Positions 55,898-64,000 of a stretch of DNA of 64,000 nt are shown here, one piece after another. The first letter of the stretch is position 1, and each line of letters starts with the position of its first letter. Below the pieces are notes generated by a model. That model ran no database searches. It was given only the letters and a program-made list of their open reading frames with translations, and was not told the origin of the DNA. The DNA is from a virus (Duplodnaviria; Caudoviricetes), in IMG/VR virus record IMGVR_UViG_3300047319_000106, positions 1,483 to 65,482 of that record; one strand, given 5' to 3'. The position numbers and the translations under genes are program-made.

Positions 55898-57031
55898 ATG
55901 GAAGCGAATCAACTGACAGTGATTCAGCGCGCGGCTGTCGCGCTGGGCGCAGCCGAGCACGAACGGAACATGATCGCGCTGTCGACGAAATACGCCGATC
56001 TGGTCGAGATCAAAAACGCGCCGGCACGCGATCAGGTTCATTCGGCCTATATGGAACTGAAGAACACGCGCGTCGCGATTCAGAAGGCAGCGAAGGACGC
56101 TCGCGAGGATGCGAACCAGTTCTCGAAGGCAGTGATTGCCGAGGCAGAGCGACTGACGTCCATCACTACGGCCGAGGAAGTTCGTTTGCAGGCTCTGAGA
56201 GACGAATGGGACGAAGCGCGCGAGGCTGAGAAGCGCGAGAAGGCAGAAGCAGAGGCCAATCGCGTCGCGGAGATCAAGGCGAAGATCGAAGCCTTCATGC
56301 TGAATGCGGTCACGGTGGCGTCGAAGTCGGCCGCAGAAATCGCCGCGCACGCCGACAGCCTCGACAAGATGGAGATCTCCATCGACGAGTTCGCTGAGTT
56401 CACCGGCGAGGCGCAGGCTAAGCAATACCAGACGGTCAAGTGGCTGCGTGAGCGGCACGCCGACGCGGTCGCGAAGGAGGCTGAAGCCAAGCGTCTTGAA
56501 GACGAACGCGCTGAACTCGCCCGACTGCGCGCCGAGCAGGAAGAGCGCGAGCGCAAGGCTGCAATCGCCCGCGCCGAAGAGGAGCGCCGAGCACGCGAGA
56601 TCCGCGAGCAGGAGGAAGCCGATCGACGCGAAGCGCAGCGCCGTGCTGACGAAGCGCTCCGCGCAGAACGCGAAGCGGCAGAAGCGAAGCTCCGCGCCGA
56701 GCGCGAGGCACACGAAGCCGAGATGCAGGCGCAGCGCGACGAGATTGCGCGGCAGCAGGCAGAGATCGCAGCAGAGCGGCGCAAGCAGGAAGAGGAATCC
56801 GCGGCTAAGCGTCGGGCCGAAGAGGCAGCAGCGCGCGCAGAAGCCGATCGAATCCGTGCCGAGCAAGACGCCAAGATCGCCGAGCAGAATCGCCGAGAGC
56901 TCGAACAGTTCATCGAGAACGGCCCGAGCGCAGACGACATCGTCGACGTGCTCGCCGCGCATTACGACGTCGAGCGAAAGCATGTCTTCCGCTGGCTACT
57001 GAATCTCACCACTGAAAGCATCCCCGCGTAA
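55898..57031 (+). CDS. Long coiled-coil recombination-module protein
   Basis: E/A/R-rich helix directly upstream of the RecT-like gene. Confidence 0.7.
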   Translation: MEANQLTVIQRAAVALGAAEHERNMIALSTKYADLVEIKNAPARDQVHSAYMELKNTRVAIQKAAKDAREDANQFSKAVIAEAERLTSITTAEEVRLQALRDEWDEAREAEKREKAEAEANRVAEIKAKIEAFMLNAVTVASKSAAEIAAHADSLDKMEISIDEFAEFTGEAQAKQYQTVKWLRERHADAVAKEAEAKRLEDERAELARLRAEQEERERKAAIARAEEERRAREIREQEEADRREAQRRADEALRAEREAAEAKLRAEREAHEAEMQAQRDEIARQQAEIAAERRKQEEESAAKRRAEEAAARAEADRIRAEQDAKIAEQNRRELEQFIENGPSADDIVDVLAAHYDVERKHVFRWLLNLTTESIPA

Positions 57032-57070
57032 ATCTACGACGCCCGACAGAGTCTCGGGCAAGGAGAAATC

Positions 57071-57880
57071 ATGTCTGACCTGATCCCGGCACAGTCCTTT
57101 GACCTGTCGCCCAAGTCGCTCGATGAAGCGCTGAAGTTCGCCGATTACCTCGCCGACTCCAGCATCGTGCCGAAGGACTTCATCGGCAAGCCCGGAAACA
57201 TCCTCGTCGCCATCCAGTGGGGTATGGAGCTCGGCCTGAAGCCGATGCAGGCGATGCAGAACATCGCCGTCATCAACGGCCGCCCGTCGCTCTGGGGCGA
57301 TGCCGTGCTCGCGCTGGTCCGTGCGTCGCCGCTCTGTGAATACGTCTACGAGACGTTCGAGAACGGCACCGCGACCTGCCGCGTGAAACGACGCGGCGAG
57401 GAAGAGCAGCTCCGGACGTTCGGCGAGGCTGATGCCAAGCAAGCCGGTCTGATCGGTAAGCAAGGGCCATGGGCGCAATACCCGAACCGCATGAAGCAGA
57501 TGCGCGCGCGTGCGTTTGCGCTGCGCGACGTCTTTCCTGACGTGTTGAAGGGCATGCCGATCGCCGAGGAAGTCGGCGACTACATGGAAGAGAAGGACAT
57601 CACGCCGCGCGGAAAGCCGTCACCTACGCAGATCGCTCAGAACGCCGCGCAGTCGTCGCGCCCGGAACGCACCGAACACCACGAGAAGATCATCAAGCAG
57701 CTCGAGGCGGTCGCGAAACAGTTTGGCTTCGAACCGTTTAAGGAAGAGTGGTCGAAGCTGCCGCGCGAAGATCGCGCCGCGATCGGCCTCGAAGAGCGCA
57801 ACCGCATTGGCAACCTCGCGAATGCGACGCCGGTCGAGCCGATGCAAACGCAGCGCGAACCGGGAGTGGACGATGAGTGA
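57071..57880 (+). CDS. recT: RecT-like single-strand annealing protein
   Basis: GMELGLKPMQAMQNIAVINGRP; W..YP.RM...RA..F..RD.FPD. Confidence 0.8.
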   Translation: MSDLIPAQSFDLSPKSLDEALKFADYLADSSIVPKDFIGKPGNILVAIQWGMELGLKPMQAMQNIAVINGRPSLWGDAVLALVRASPLCEYVYETFENGTATCRVKRRGEEEQLRTFGEADAKQAGLIGKQGPWAQYPNRMKQMRARAFALRDVFPDVLKGMPIAEEVGDYMEEKDITPRGKPSPTQIAQNAAQSSRPERTEHHEKIIKQLEAVAKQFGFEPFKEEWSKLPREDRAAIGLEERNRIGNLANATPVEPMQTQREPGVDDE

Positions 57881-58502
57881 GCAAATAGAACAGCGGACCG
57901 AGCAATGGTTCGCGCAACGCGCGGGGAAGGCTACGGCCTCTCGCTTCATCGACGTGGTCAGCCTGACAAAGGCTGGCAAGCCAACGGCAGGCCGCGAGCG
58001 CTACATGCGCGAGATCGTGTTCGAACGACTGAGCGGAACGCCGAAGCACTCGGTCGGCGCGCTGTCGCTGAAGTGGGGAACGGACGTCGAGCAGTTCGCT
58101 CGCGAGGCATACGAAGTTGAGTCGGGCGACGTCGTGAGCGAAACCGGCTTCGTGACGCATCCAGACTATCCGTTCATCGGCGGATCGTGCGATGGACTGA
58201 TCGGCGACGACGGGATCATCGAAATCAAGTGTCCGCACGACGAGCAGGTTCACATCGAAACGTGGCTGAACGGCATGTCGCCGGATCACCGTCCGCAAGT
58301 GCAAGGAAACCTCCTCGTGACGGGCCGCAAGTATGCGGTCTTCATCAGCTACGACCCGCGGCAGAACGAACGCTTCCGCCTCTACCACCAGCGCATCGAA
58401 CGCGATGACGCATATATCGATGGCGTGCTGCTGCCCGGCCTCCTGCAATTCAATGCCGAGGTCGAGCAGATGATCGCCGAACTGAACCGCCGAGCAGCTT
58501 GA
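57873..58502 (+). CDS. YqaJ/lambda-type exonuclease
   Basis: QRTEQWF..R.G..TAS, DGLI, EIKCP, QVQG. Confidence 0.9.
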   Translation: MSEQIEQRTEQWFAQRAGKATASRFIDVVSLTKAGKPTAGRERYMREIVFERLSGTPKHSVGALSLKWGTDVEQFAREAYEVESGDVVSETGFVTHPDYPFIGGSCDGLIGDDGIIEIKCPHDEQVHIETWLNGMSPDHRPQVQGNLLVTGRKYAVFISYDPRQNERFRLYHQRIERDDAYIDGVLLPGLLQFNAEVEQMIAELNRRAA

Positions 58503-58509
58503 GGTCGAC

Positions 58510-58719
58510 ATGAGCGAGATCGCCAACAAACGCGCGCTTCTGGAAAGCGCGAACGCACTGGTCAAGACGAATCAACCGACGATTGAGCACCTGAGCGCAG
58601 TTGCGGACGCTCTCGCTCGTGTCGCCAGCGACCTTATCGGCGCGGATTGCACGGCACTCCTGCGCGTGCGCCGTGGCGCCGTCGAGGCAGCAATCGAACG
58701 ACTCGGGAGCGCATCGTGA
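58510..58719 (+). CDS. Hypothetical protein
   Basis: GAGG SD, 69 aa. Confidence 0.55.
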   Translation: MSEIANKRALLESANALVKTNQPTIEHLSAVADALARVASDLIGADCTALLRVRRGAVEAAIERLGSAS

Positions 58720-58828
58720 GCGCCGTGGAAATCAGAAAGGCAGCCGCGCTTCAGAGCGCCGTGCTCGTCGTCTCCGTCGTCGGCTTCACGACGAGCGTCA
58801 TCGTCTTCCTCTCTCCGGGGATTCTGCA

Positions 58829-59029
58829 ATGAAAACGCCCGCACGAAACATGGATCTGCGCCACGTCGACACGTCCGCTCTGCTCTCGCCGTCCGAACGC
58901 CTCGCCGCGCGCAACGCCGGACGTCTGCAGAAGCTTCCGCGCCAGCCGATCAAGGTCGCAATCGGAAAGCTCTGGGTTCCCCCGAGCGTCGCCCGCCAGT
59001 TCGCCTACTTAAACGTCGGCGCCAAGTAA
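58829..59029 (+). CDS. Hypothetical protein
   Basis: ATGA-coupled to a small hydrophobic ORF at 58716-58832. Confidence 0.5.
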   Translation: MKTPARNMDLRHVDTSALLSPSERLAARNAGRLQKLPRQPIKVAIGKLWVPPSVARQFAYLNVGAK

Positions 59030-59048
59030 CTCCCGAAGGCTCTCACCT

Positions 59049-59201
59049 ATGACCGGCTATCTCGCCATCGCAGCGATGTGGATCTTCTTCGCCACCCTAG
59101 TCTGCTTGTTCATACACGGCGCGAAGAAAACGAAGCGCTCCATGAAGGCGATCGACGAGGCTCGCCGGGGCATTAAGTGGCCCGCGCCGCATAACGAATA
59201 A
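59049..59201 (+). CDS. Small membrane protein (50 aa)
   Basis: N-terminal transmembrane helix followed by a basic tail. Confidence 0.55.
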   Translation: MTGYLAIAAMWIFFATLVCLFIHGAKKTKRSMKAIDEARRGIKWPAPHNE

Positions 59202-59212
59202 ACGAGGAACAC

Positions 59213-59575
59213 ATGAAATTCATGAAAAACACGATCCGCGCGGCGCTCGTCGCGCTTGCCGCGTCCGCAGCAGTTCAGGCAGCTCACGCGGACATCATCA
59301 TGTACGCGAACAACGAGGCCGGCGGCCTCATTCAACTCTCGGATATGCCGTGCAGCAAGATCACCGGCTATCCCTCGCTGTCGAGCATGAGCGGATACGC
59401 CGCTTCGATCATCGATTCTGCTGGTGTTGCGCGCTTCATCGGCTGCTACCACTACGCCGAGCCGAACTTCTACGTCACCTGGAGCAATGGCAGTCAGCGC
59501 TTCTACCGCGCTGAAGGAATGACGCTCACGGCCGCCGGCAAGCGACTGCTGAGCCAGTTGAACTCTGGAAGCTGA
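59213..59575 (+). CDS. Secreted hypothetical protein
   Basis: Signal peptide ending AHA, two Cys, GAGGA SD. Confidence 0.7.
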   Translation: MKFMKNTIRAALVALAASAAVQAAHADIIMYANNEAGGLIQLSDMPCSKITGYPSLSSMSGYAASIIDSAGVARFIGCYHYAEPNFYVTWSNGSQRFYRAEGMTLTAAGKRLLSQLNSGS

Positions 59576-59582
59576 GGGAGCC

Positions 59583-60050
59583 ATGCAGCGCGAATTAGAG
59601 GTTCTCCGTCATGCGATCGGCTCCGACATCTACGGTCGAACACGCAGCGACCGGAACTACTTCATCACCGGACCAGGCTCGACCGATTACACGACGTGCG
59701 TCGCACTGGTCCAGCGCGGCCTGATGAACCGCACACCGGGCAATGCGATCACCGGCGGCGGCGATGTCTTCCGCGTGACCGACACGGGCCGACTCTTCGT
59801 ACGCGAGAACAGCGAGGTCGATCCGAATCGCGACTGGCTGGTGCTCGCACCGTGGAATGAGCCTTGGCAATACGACATGTGGTTCACGATTCGAGCGACC
59901 ACACGAGGCAAGGCGCGGTATCAGGCGTTTCTATACCTCAGAGAGGTCAACGACATGCCGAAGAGCGATCTGATCCGCATCCGCGTGAAAGCGGTGCCGC
60001 GCCCAAAAGCAACCGCCGACGACGCGGCGGACGACGACATGCCGTTTTGA
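59583..60050 (+). CDS. Hypothetical protein with SSB-like acidic tail
   Basis: RHAIG...RNYF motif; ends DDDMPF. Confidence 0.65.
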   Translation: MQRELEVLRHAIGSDIYGRTRSDRNYFITGPGSTDYTTCVALVQRGLMNRTPGNAITGGGDVFRVTDTGRLFVRENSEVDPNRDWLVLAPWNEPWQYDMWFTIRATTRGKARYQAFLYLREVNDMPKSDLIRIRVKAVPRPKATADDAADDDMPF

Positions 60051-60091
60051 CACCCCTGGCCCTGCGCCGGATAACGATTAAAGAGGACAGC

Positions 60092-61036
60092 ATGACTAAA
60101 TCTCTCGTGCTTCGCACCTGCCGTGCAGACATGACTTCGCAGAACGGATTCGTATGGCCCAACGTCGGCGGGATTGCGGAAGCGCCTGATTGGGAGGCAA
60201 CGCCCGAATGCGGGAATGGCCTGCACGGATGGCTCTATGGACAAGGCGACCATTCATGCAGCAGCTATCTCGACAGCACAGCGAAATGGCTCGTCGTCGA
60301 GGTCGATTCAGACCGCATCGCGATGCTCGGTGGTAAGTGCAAGTTTCCGATGGCAAAGGTTCTTTTCGTCGGAGGCAAGAAGGACGCCACCGATTACCTG
60401 CGCGAACATGAGCCGCGCTCTCGTGAGGTTGCGGTGATCGGCGCTCAACTCGTCGTCGGCGATGACGAAGCAGTGACTGTCGGCGCCCTCGGCACGGCAA
60501 CGGCTGGCGACAGCGGCACGGCAACGGCTGGCGACAGCGGCACGGCAACGGCTGGCGACAGCGGCACGGCAACGGCTGGCGACAGCGGCACGGCAACGGC
60601 TGGCTACAGAGGCACGGCAACGGCTGGCAACAGCGGCACGGCAACGGCTGGCTACAGAGGCACGGCAACGGCTGGCGCCCTCGGCACGGCAACGGCTGGC
60701 GACAGCGGCACGGCAACGGCTGGCGACAGCGGCACGGCAACGGCTGGCGACAGCGGCACGGCAACGGCTGGCGACAGCGGCACGGCAACGGCTGGCTACA
60801 GAGGCACGGCAACGGCTGGCGACAGCGGCACGGCAACGGCTGGCTACAGAGGCACGGCAACGGCTGGCGCCCTCGGCACGGCAACGGCTGGCGACAGAGG
60901 CGAAATCAGAATTCGTTATTGGGATTCGAAGGCCGAACGCTATCGCACAGTCATTGGCTACATCGGCGAAGACGGTCTGCTCCCCGGCGTCAAATACCGT
61001 CTCGACGACAACCATAAGTTCGTCAAGGCCGAATGA
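60092..61036 (+). CDS. Octapeptide-repeat protein
   Basis: N-terminal CGNGLHG...KCKF domain, 17 GTATAGxx repeats, C-terminal YIGEDGL.PGV.Y. Confidence 0.85.
   Translation: MTKSLVLRTCRADMTSQNGFVWPNVGGIAEAPDWEATPECGNGLHGWLYGQGDHSCSSYLDSTAKWLVVEVDSDRIAMLGGKCKFPMAKVLFVGGKKDATDYLREHEPRSREVAVIGAQLVVGDDEAVTVGALGTATAGDSGTATAGDSGTATAGDSGTATAGDSGTATAGYRGTATAGNSGTATAGYRGTATAGALGTATAGDSGTATAGDSGTATAGDSGTATAGDSGTATAGYRGTATAGDSGTATAGYRGTATAGALGTATAGDRGEIRIRYWDSKAERYRTVIGYIGEDGLLPGVKYRLDDNHKFVKAE
60491..60898 (+). repeat. 17 x 24-bp coding tandem repeat
   Basis: Invariant GGCACGGCAACGGCTGGC plus 6 variable nt. Confidence 0.97.
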
Positions 61037-61248
61037 TCCGCCACCTTCACGCTTTCCGCGCCCTGCTCGAATCCCTCGAAGCGCTCGGGCTCGCTCGGAA
61101 GCCGACGACACAACAGACGCACGCGCTCTGTCAGAGATTCGTGGAGATGGTCGCGGAGCTGATGGGGCAGCGCGTGACGATCTGGATTGGCGAAACACCT
61201 ATTGCGAGAACACCAAATGAAATTCGGAAGCGTGTGCAGCGGTATTGA
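61033..61248 (+). CDS. Hypothetical protein
   Basis: ATGA-coupled, 71 aa. Confidence 0.5.
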   Translation: MIRHLHAFRALLESLEALGLARKPTTQQTHALCQRFVEMVAELMGQRVTIWIGETPIARTPNEIRKRVQRY

Positions 61249-62452
61249 AGCGGCGAGCTGCGCCTGGCATCCGCTCGGATGGCAAACGCAGTTCGTCAGC
61301 GAGATCGAGCCGTTTCCCTCCGCCGTGCTCGAGAACCACTACCCGACCGTGCCGAACCGCGGCGACATGACCCAATTCAAGGAATGGCCTGATGCAGCTA
61401 TCGATCTTCTCGTCGGAGGAACTCCCTGCCAAAGCCTCAGCGTCGCCGGACTCCGAAAAGGACTGGCTGACCCGCGTGGCAATCTCATGCTCACCTATCT
61501 TGCCATTGCTGCACGATTCGCTCCCCGCTGGCTGGTCTGGGAAAACGTCCCCGGTGTCCTGTCTTCAAACGGCGGACGGGATTTTGGAACCTTGCTCGGA
61601 GGGTTGGCAGAACTCGGGTATGGGTTCGCCTACCGCGTTCTTGACGCTCAATTCTTCGGAGTGGCCCAGCGACGCCGCCGTGTGTTCGTTGTCGGACATC
61701 TTGGAGACTGGCGACGTGCCGCAGCGGTACTTTTTGAGCGCGAAAGCCTGCTCGGGCATCCTGCGCCGCGCCGGGAATCGCGGCAAGGAGTTGCCCCGAC
61801 CCTTAGCGCACGCACTAAAGGCGGTGGCGGACTCGGAACCGACTTTGAGTGCGATGGCGGCTTGATTGCGCACTCGCTGCGCGGAGAAGGCTTTGATGCG
61901 AGCGAGGACGGAACCGGGCGCGGTACGCCGCTCGTGCCGTGTCAACCATACACGCTCGCGATTCGAGGCCGTGACGATGGGCACGCGCTCGAGTATCGAC
62001 AGGACGGGACTGCGAACGCGATCCTGACGCCGAACGGCGGTCGTGGCGGCATTGGCGTTGGTGCAGTTGCATTCGACCTTCAGCAGATCACCAGCGCTGA
62101 GAACCGGTCGCGCGTCGCACCAGGCCCGACGCCGACGCTGACAAAGGGAAGCGCGCTTCATGCGATCGCCGACACGCTAACGAGCTCGTGGCACAACTCG
62201 AACGGCGCGAGCGCCGGGAACAACGCGGGCGTCATCAACCCGGTCTTTCAGGGGTCGGCCGTGCGCCGCCTGACGCCCCGCGAGTGCGAGCGGCTTCAAG
62301 GCTTCCCAGACGACTACACGCTGATCAATGTGCGCGGCAAGCCTGCCGCTGACGGACCGCGATATAAGGCGCTCGGCAATAGCATGGCCGTGCCTGTGAT
62401 GCGCTGGATCGGCGAGCGTATTCAAAAGGTCGATGCGCTCAGCGCGTCTTGA
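61217..62452 (+). CDS. C5 cytosine DNA methyltransferase
   Basis: CSGIEA, GGTPCQ, WENV, QRRRRVF, RRLTPRECERLQGFPD, ALGNS. Confidence 0.95.
   Translation: MKFGSVCSGIEAASCAWHPLGWQTQFVSEIEPFPSAVLENHYPTVPNRGDMTQFKEWPDAAIDLLVGGTPCQSLSVAGLRKGLADPRGNLMLTYLAIAARFAPRWLVWENVPGVLSSNGGRDFGTLLGGLAELGYGFAYRVLDAQFFGVAQRRRRVFVVGHLGDWRRAAAVLFERESLLGHPAPRRESRQGVAPTLSARTKGGGGLGTDFECDGGLIAHSLRGEGFDASEDGTGRGTPLVPCQPYTLAIRGRDDGHALEYRQDGTANAILTPNGGRGGIGVGAVAFDLQQITSAENRSRVAPGPTPTLTKGSALHAIADTLTSSWHNSNGASAGNNAGVINPVFQGSAVRRLTPRECERLQGFPDDYTLINVRGKPAADGPRYKALGNSMAVPVMRWIGERIQKVDALSAS
61392..61865 (+). CDS. Nested +1-frame protein resembling M.EcoHK31I beta polypeptide
   Basis: AAGGA SD upstream; WQNSGM...EWPS...CSLSDILE...YFLS..AC.GILRRA..RGK.LP. 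Confidence 0.6.
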   Translation: MQLSIFSSEELPAKASASPDSEKDWLTRVAISCSPILPLLHDSLPAGWSGKTSPVSCLQTADGILEPCSEGWQNSGMGSPTAFLTLNSSEWPSDAAVCSLSDILETGDVPQRYFLSAKACSGILRRAGNRGKELPRPLAHALKAVADSEPTLSAMAA

Positions 62453-62482
62453 CGATTGGACAGACTGTTATTGCGAGAGAAC

Positions 62483-62719
62483 ATGGCAACCGTACAAATC
62501 CGAGTCGTTCAGTGGGAAGACAAGCCTGACACGATGGGCGCCAAGCTTCGCGGCCTGCGCAGAGATGCGGGCCTGACGCAGACCCAGCTTGCCGAGAAAG
62601 TCGGGCTTTCGTGGAAGACGGTTCAGAGCATCGAGCTAAACATCTATTCGCCGTGCTGGAAGAACTTCACGAAGCTCGCGCGGTTCTTCAACGTCTCTCT
62701 CGATTGGTTGGCGGAATGA
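62483..62719 (+). CDS. XRE-family HTH regulator
   Basis: GLTQTQLAEKVGLS...IE...P......LA.FF.VSLDWL. Confidence 0.85.
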   Translation: MATVQIRVVQWEDKPDTMGAKLRGLRRDAGLTQTQLAEKVGLSWKTVQSIELNIYSPCWKNFTKLARFFNVSLDWLAE

Positions 62720-63447
62720 GGTTTTTCACCGGACTCCACCAGCCATCGGACGCGAAGCACTTCGATGCCGCGTTCGTCAGTGTGAATCGGCTGCGGGATC
62801 GGAAGTCCGGGTTTGAGGTTGGCGACTGGATCATGGACAGCGGCGCGTTCACCGAGATTTCGCAGCACGGGCATTACCGGCACGAGGTCGGCGACTACGC
62901 GGCGCAGATCAAGCGCTGGAGCACGAACGGCAACATGCTAGCCGCTGTCTCGCAGGACTTCATGTGTGAGGCGTGGATCGTCGAGAAGACCGGGCTGAGC
63001 GTCGAGATTCACCAGCAGCTCACGATCGAGCGATACGACGCGCTGATGCAGTGCGACGTCGGTGGGGCCTACATCATGCCGGTGCTGCAAGGCTACGACC
63101 CGCAGGATTACGTGCGGCACATCGAGATGTACGGAGACCGCCTCGCGCACGGCGCATGGGTCGGAGTTGGATCAGTCTGCAAGCGGAACGGCGATCCGCG
63201 CGCGATCGAGAACGTGCTGTTGGCGATTCATGCGAAGCGGCCCGATCTCCGACTGCACGGTTTCGGCCTGAAGTCTACTGCGCTGTCGTCGTGGATCGTG
63301 ACGGAGCTGCTACATACCGCTGACTCGATGGCATGGAGCTTTCACGCTCGTATCAACGGACGAAACGGTAACGACTGGAAAGAGGCAAAAGCATGGACGG
63401 ACAAGATAAACAGACGCCCGATGCAATACGGGCTGTTCATGGAGTGA
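62716..63447 (+). CDS. TGT/DpdA-like base-exchange transglycosylase
   Basis: MDSGAF, QDFMCE, PVLQG, GVGS, LHGFG, ADSMAW motifs. Confidence 0.7.
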   Translation: MRFFTGLHQPSDAKHFDAAFVSVNRLRDRKSGFEVGDWIMDSGAFTEISQHGHYRHEVGDYAAQIKRWSTNGNMLAAVSQDFMCEAWIVEKTGLSVEIHQQLTIERYDALMQCDVGGAYIMPVLQGYDPQDYVRHIEMYGDRLAHGAWVGVGSVCKRNGDPRAIENVLLAIHAKRPDLRLHGFGLKSTALSSWIVTELLHTADSMAWSFHARINGRNGNDWKEAKAWTDKINRRPMQYGLFME

Positions 63448-63449
63448 AA

Positions 63450-64000
63450 ATGGAACACGCTGATGCAGTGAAACTCATCAAAGATTACGGCTTCGCCGTG
63501 CTGAAGCATCAGAACAACTGGCTTGGCGACGCATACGAGGCGCTGCTTCGCGCCCTTCTCTCCGCGAGCATCGCCGACACAGCGGGGGCGAAGCCGATCT
63601 ATCAGGTTCAAGACCCATGCGAAGCGACGTGGGAAGACACGGACTGGCTCACGTACAAAAGTACAGATGGCGCTTTCGCCCGCATCGTCTACGCCGCCCC
63701 TCCCGTCACTCCGAGCGACAAGCAAGAGGCGGTGGCGCAAGTTGACGAAGGTGACGACGGCCTGTTCGTCGAAATCCTGCATGGCCCGAACGGTTCGCCA
63801 TTGAAGCGCGGAGACAAGCTCTACGCCGCCCCTCTCGCCCAGTCCGCAGAGCAAGACAGGATTGATGCGGAGCGGTATCGCTTCCTCCGCGACAAGATGC
63901 GCTTTTCCTCGCCTCCCGGCGATATTCCGACCATGACGCTGAGCGCTCCGCTCGAAGCGCCGACGCATGACACGCATAAGGATTGGATCAGCGATCGCTT
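63450..64000 (+). CDS. Mosaic early protein (3' end outside window)
   Basis: GGAG SD; YAAP and DAERYR modules, shares C-terminal part with 16800-17225. Confidence 0.7.
   Translation, partial: MEHADAVKLIKDYGFAVLKHQNNWLGDAYEALLRALLSASIADTAGAKPIYQVQDPCEATWEDTDWLTYKSTDGAFARIVYAAPPVTPSDKQEAVAQVDEGDDGLFVEILHGPNGSPLKRGDKLYAAPLAQSAEQDRIDAERYRFLRDKMRFSSPPGDIPTMTLSAPLEAPTHDTHKDWISDR
63832..64000 (+). repeat. Direct repeat copy 2, runs off window end
   Basis: 168/169 nt identical to 17002-17170. Confidence 0.95.

Larger units (their letters stand above)
19490..64000. mobile_element. Prophage B, near-complete temperate myovirus with lambdoid regulation
   Basis: Full lysis, tail, head, terminase, Q-like, replication, cro/cI and recombination gene sets. 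Confidence 0.92.

Noticed and set aside
60491-60898. CRISPR-like array
   Set aside because: Variable parts are only 6 nt, recur, keep the reading frame, and no cas genes are present

Overview
The window is entirely temperate-phage DNA of high GC content, probably from a Burkholderiaceae-like host (inferred from composition and gene style). It holds two unrelated contractile-tail morphogenesis modules. Element A (1-16380, minus strand) runs terS-terL-portal-metallophosphoesterase-HNH-scaffold-capsid-neck-sheath-tube-chaperone-tape measure and shows no replication or immunity genes in the window. Only about 75 bp from its terS a plus-strand arm begins (16456-19405, ending in xis-int), followed by a tRNA-Leu-like att core with arm-type repeats on both sides (19404-19587). 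Element B (about 19490-64000) is a near-complete lambdoid-organised myovirus with lysis and accessory genes, tail, head, terminase, Q-like, nin, DnaB and initiator, cro/cI, and a pL arm with RecT/YqaJ. A 169-bp near-perfect direct repeat (17002-17170 and 63832-64000) lies 46,830 bp apart and may delimit one circularly permuted phage genome. The main highlights are an orphan TGT/DpdA-like gene next to a C5-methyltransferase carrying a nested out-of-frame gene, an ice-nucleation-like octapeptide repeat protein, a c4-like RNA upstream of an HNH gene, two -1 frameshift sites, a probable ATT start codon and a KorC-like/SGNH moron. Family names come from motif recognition and synteny, not database searches.
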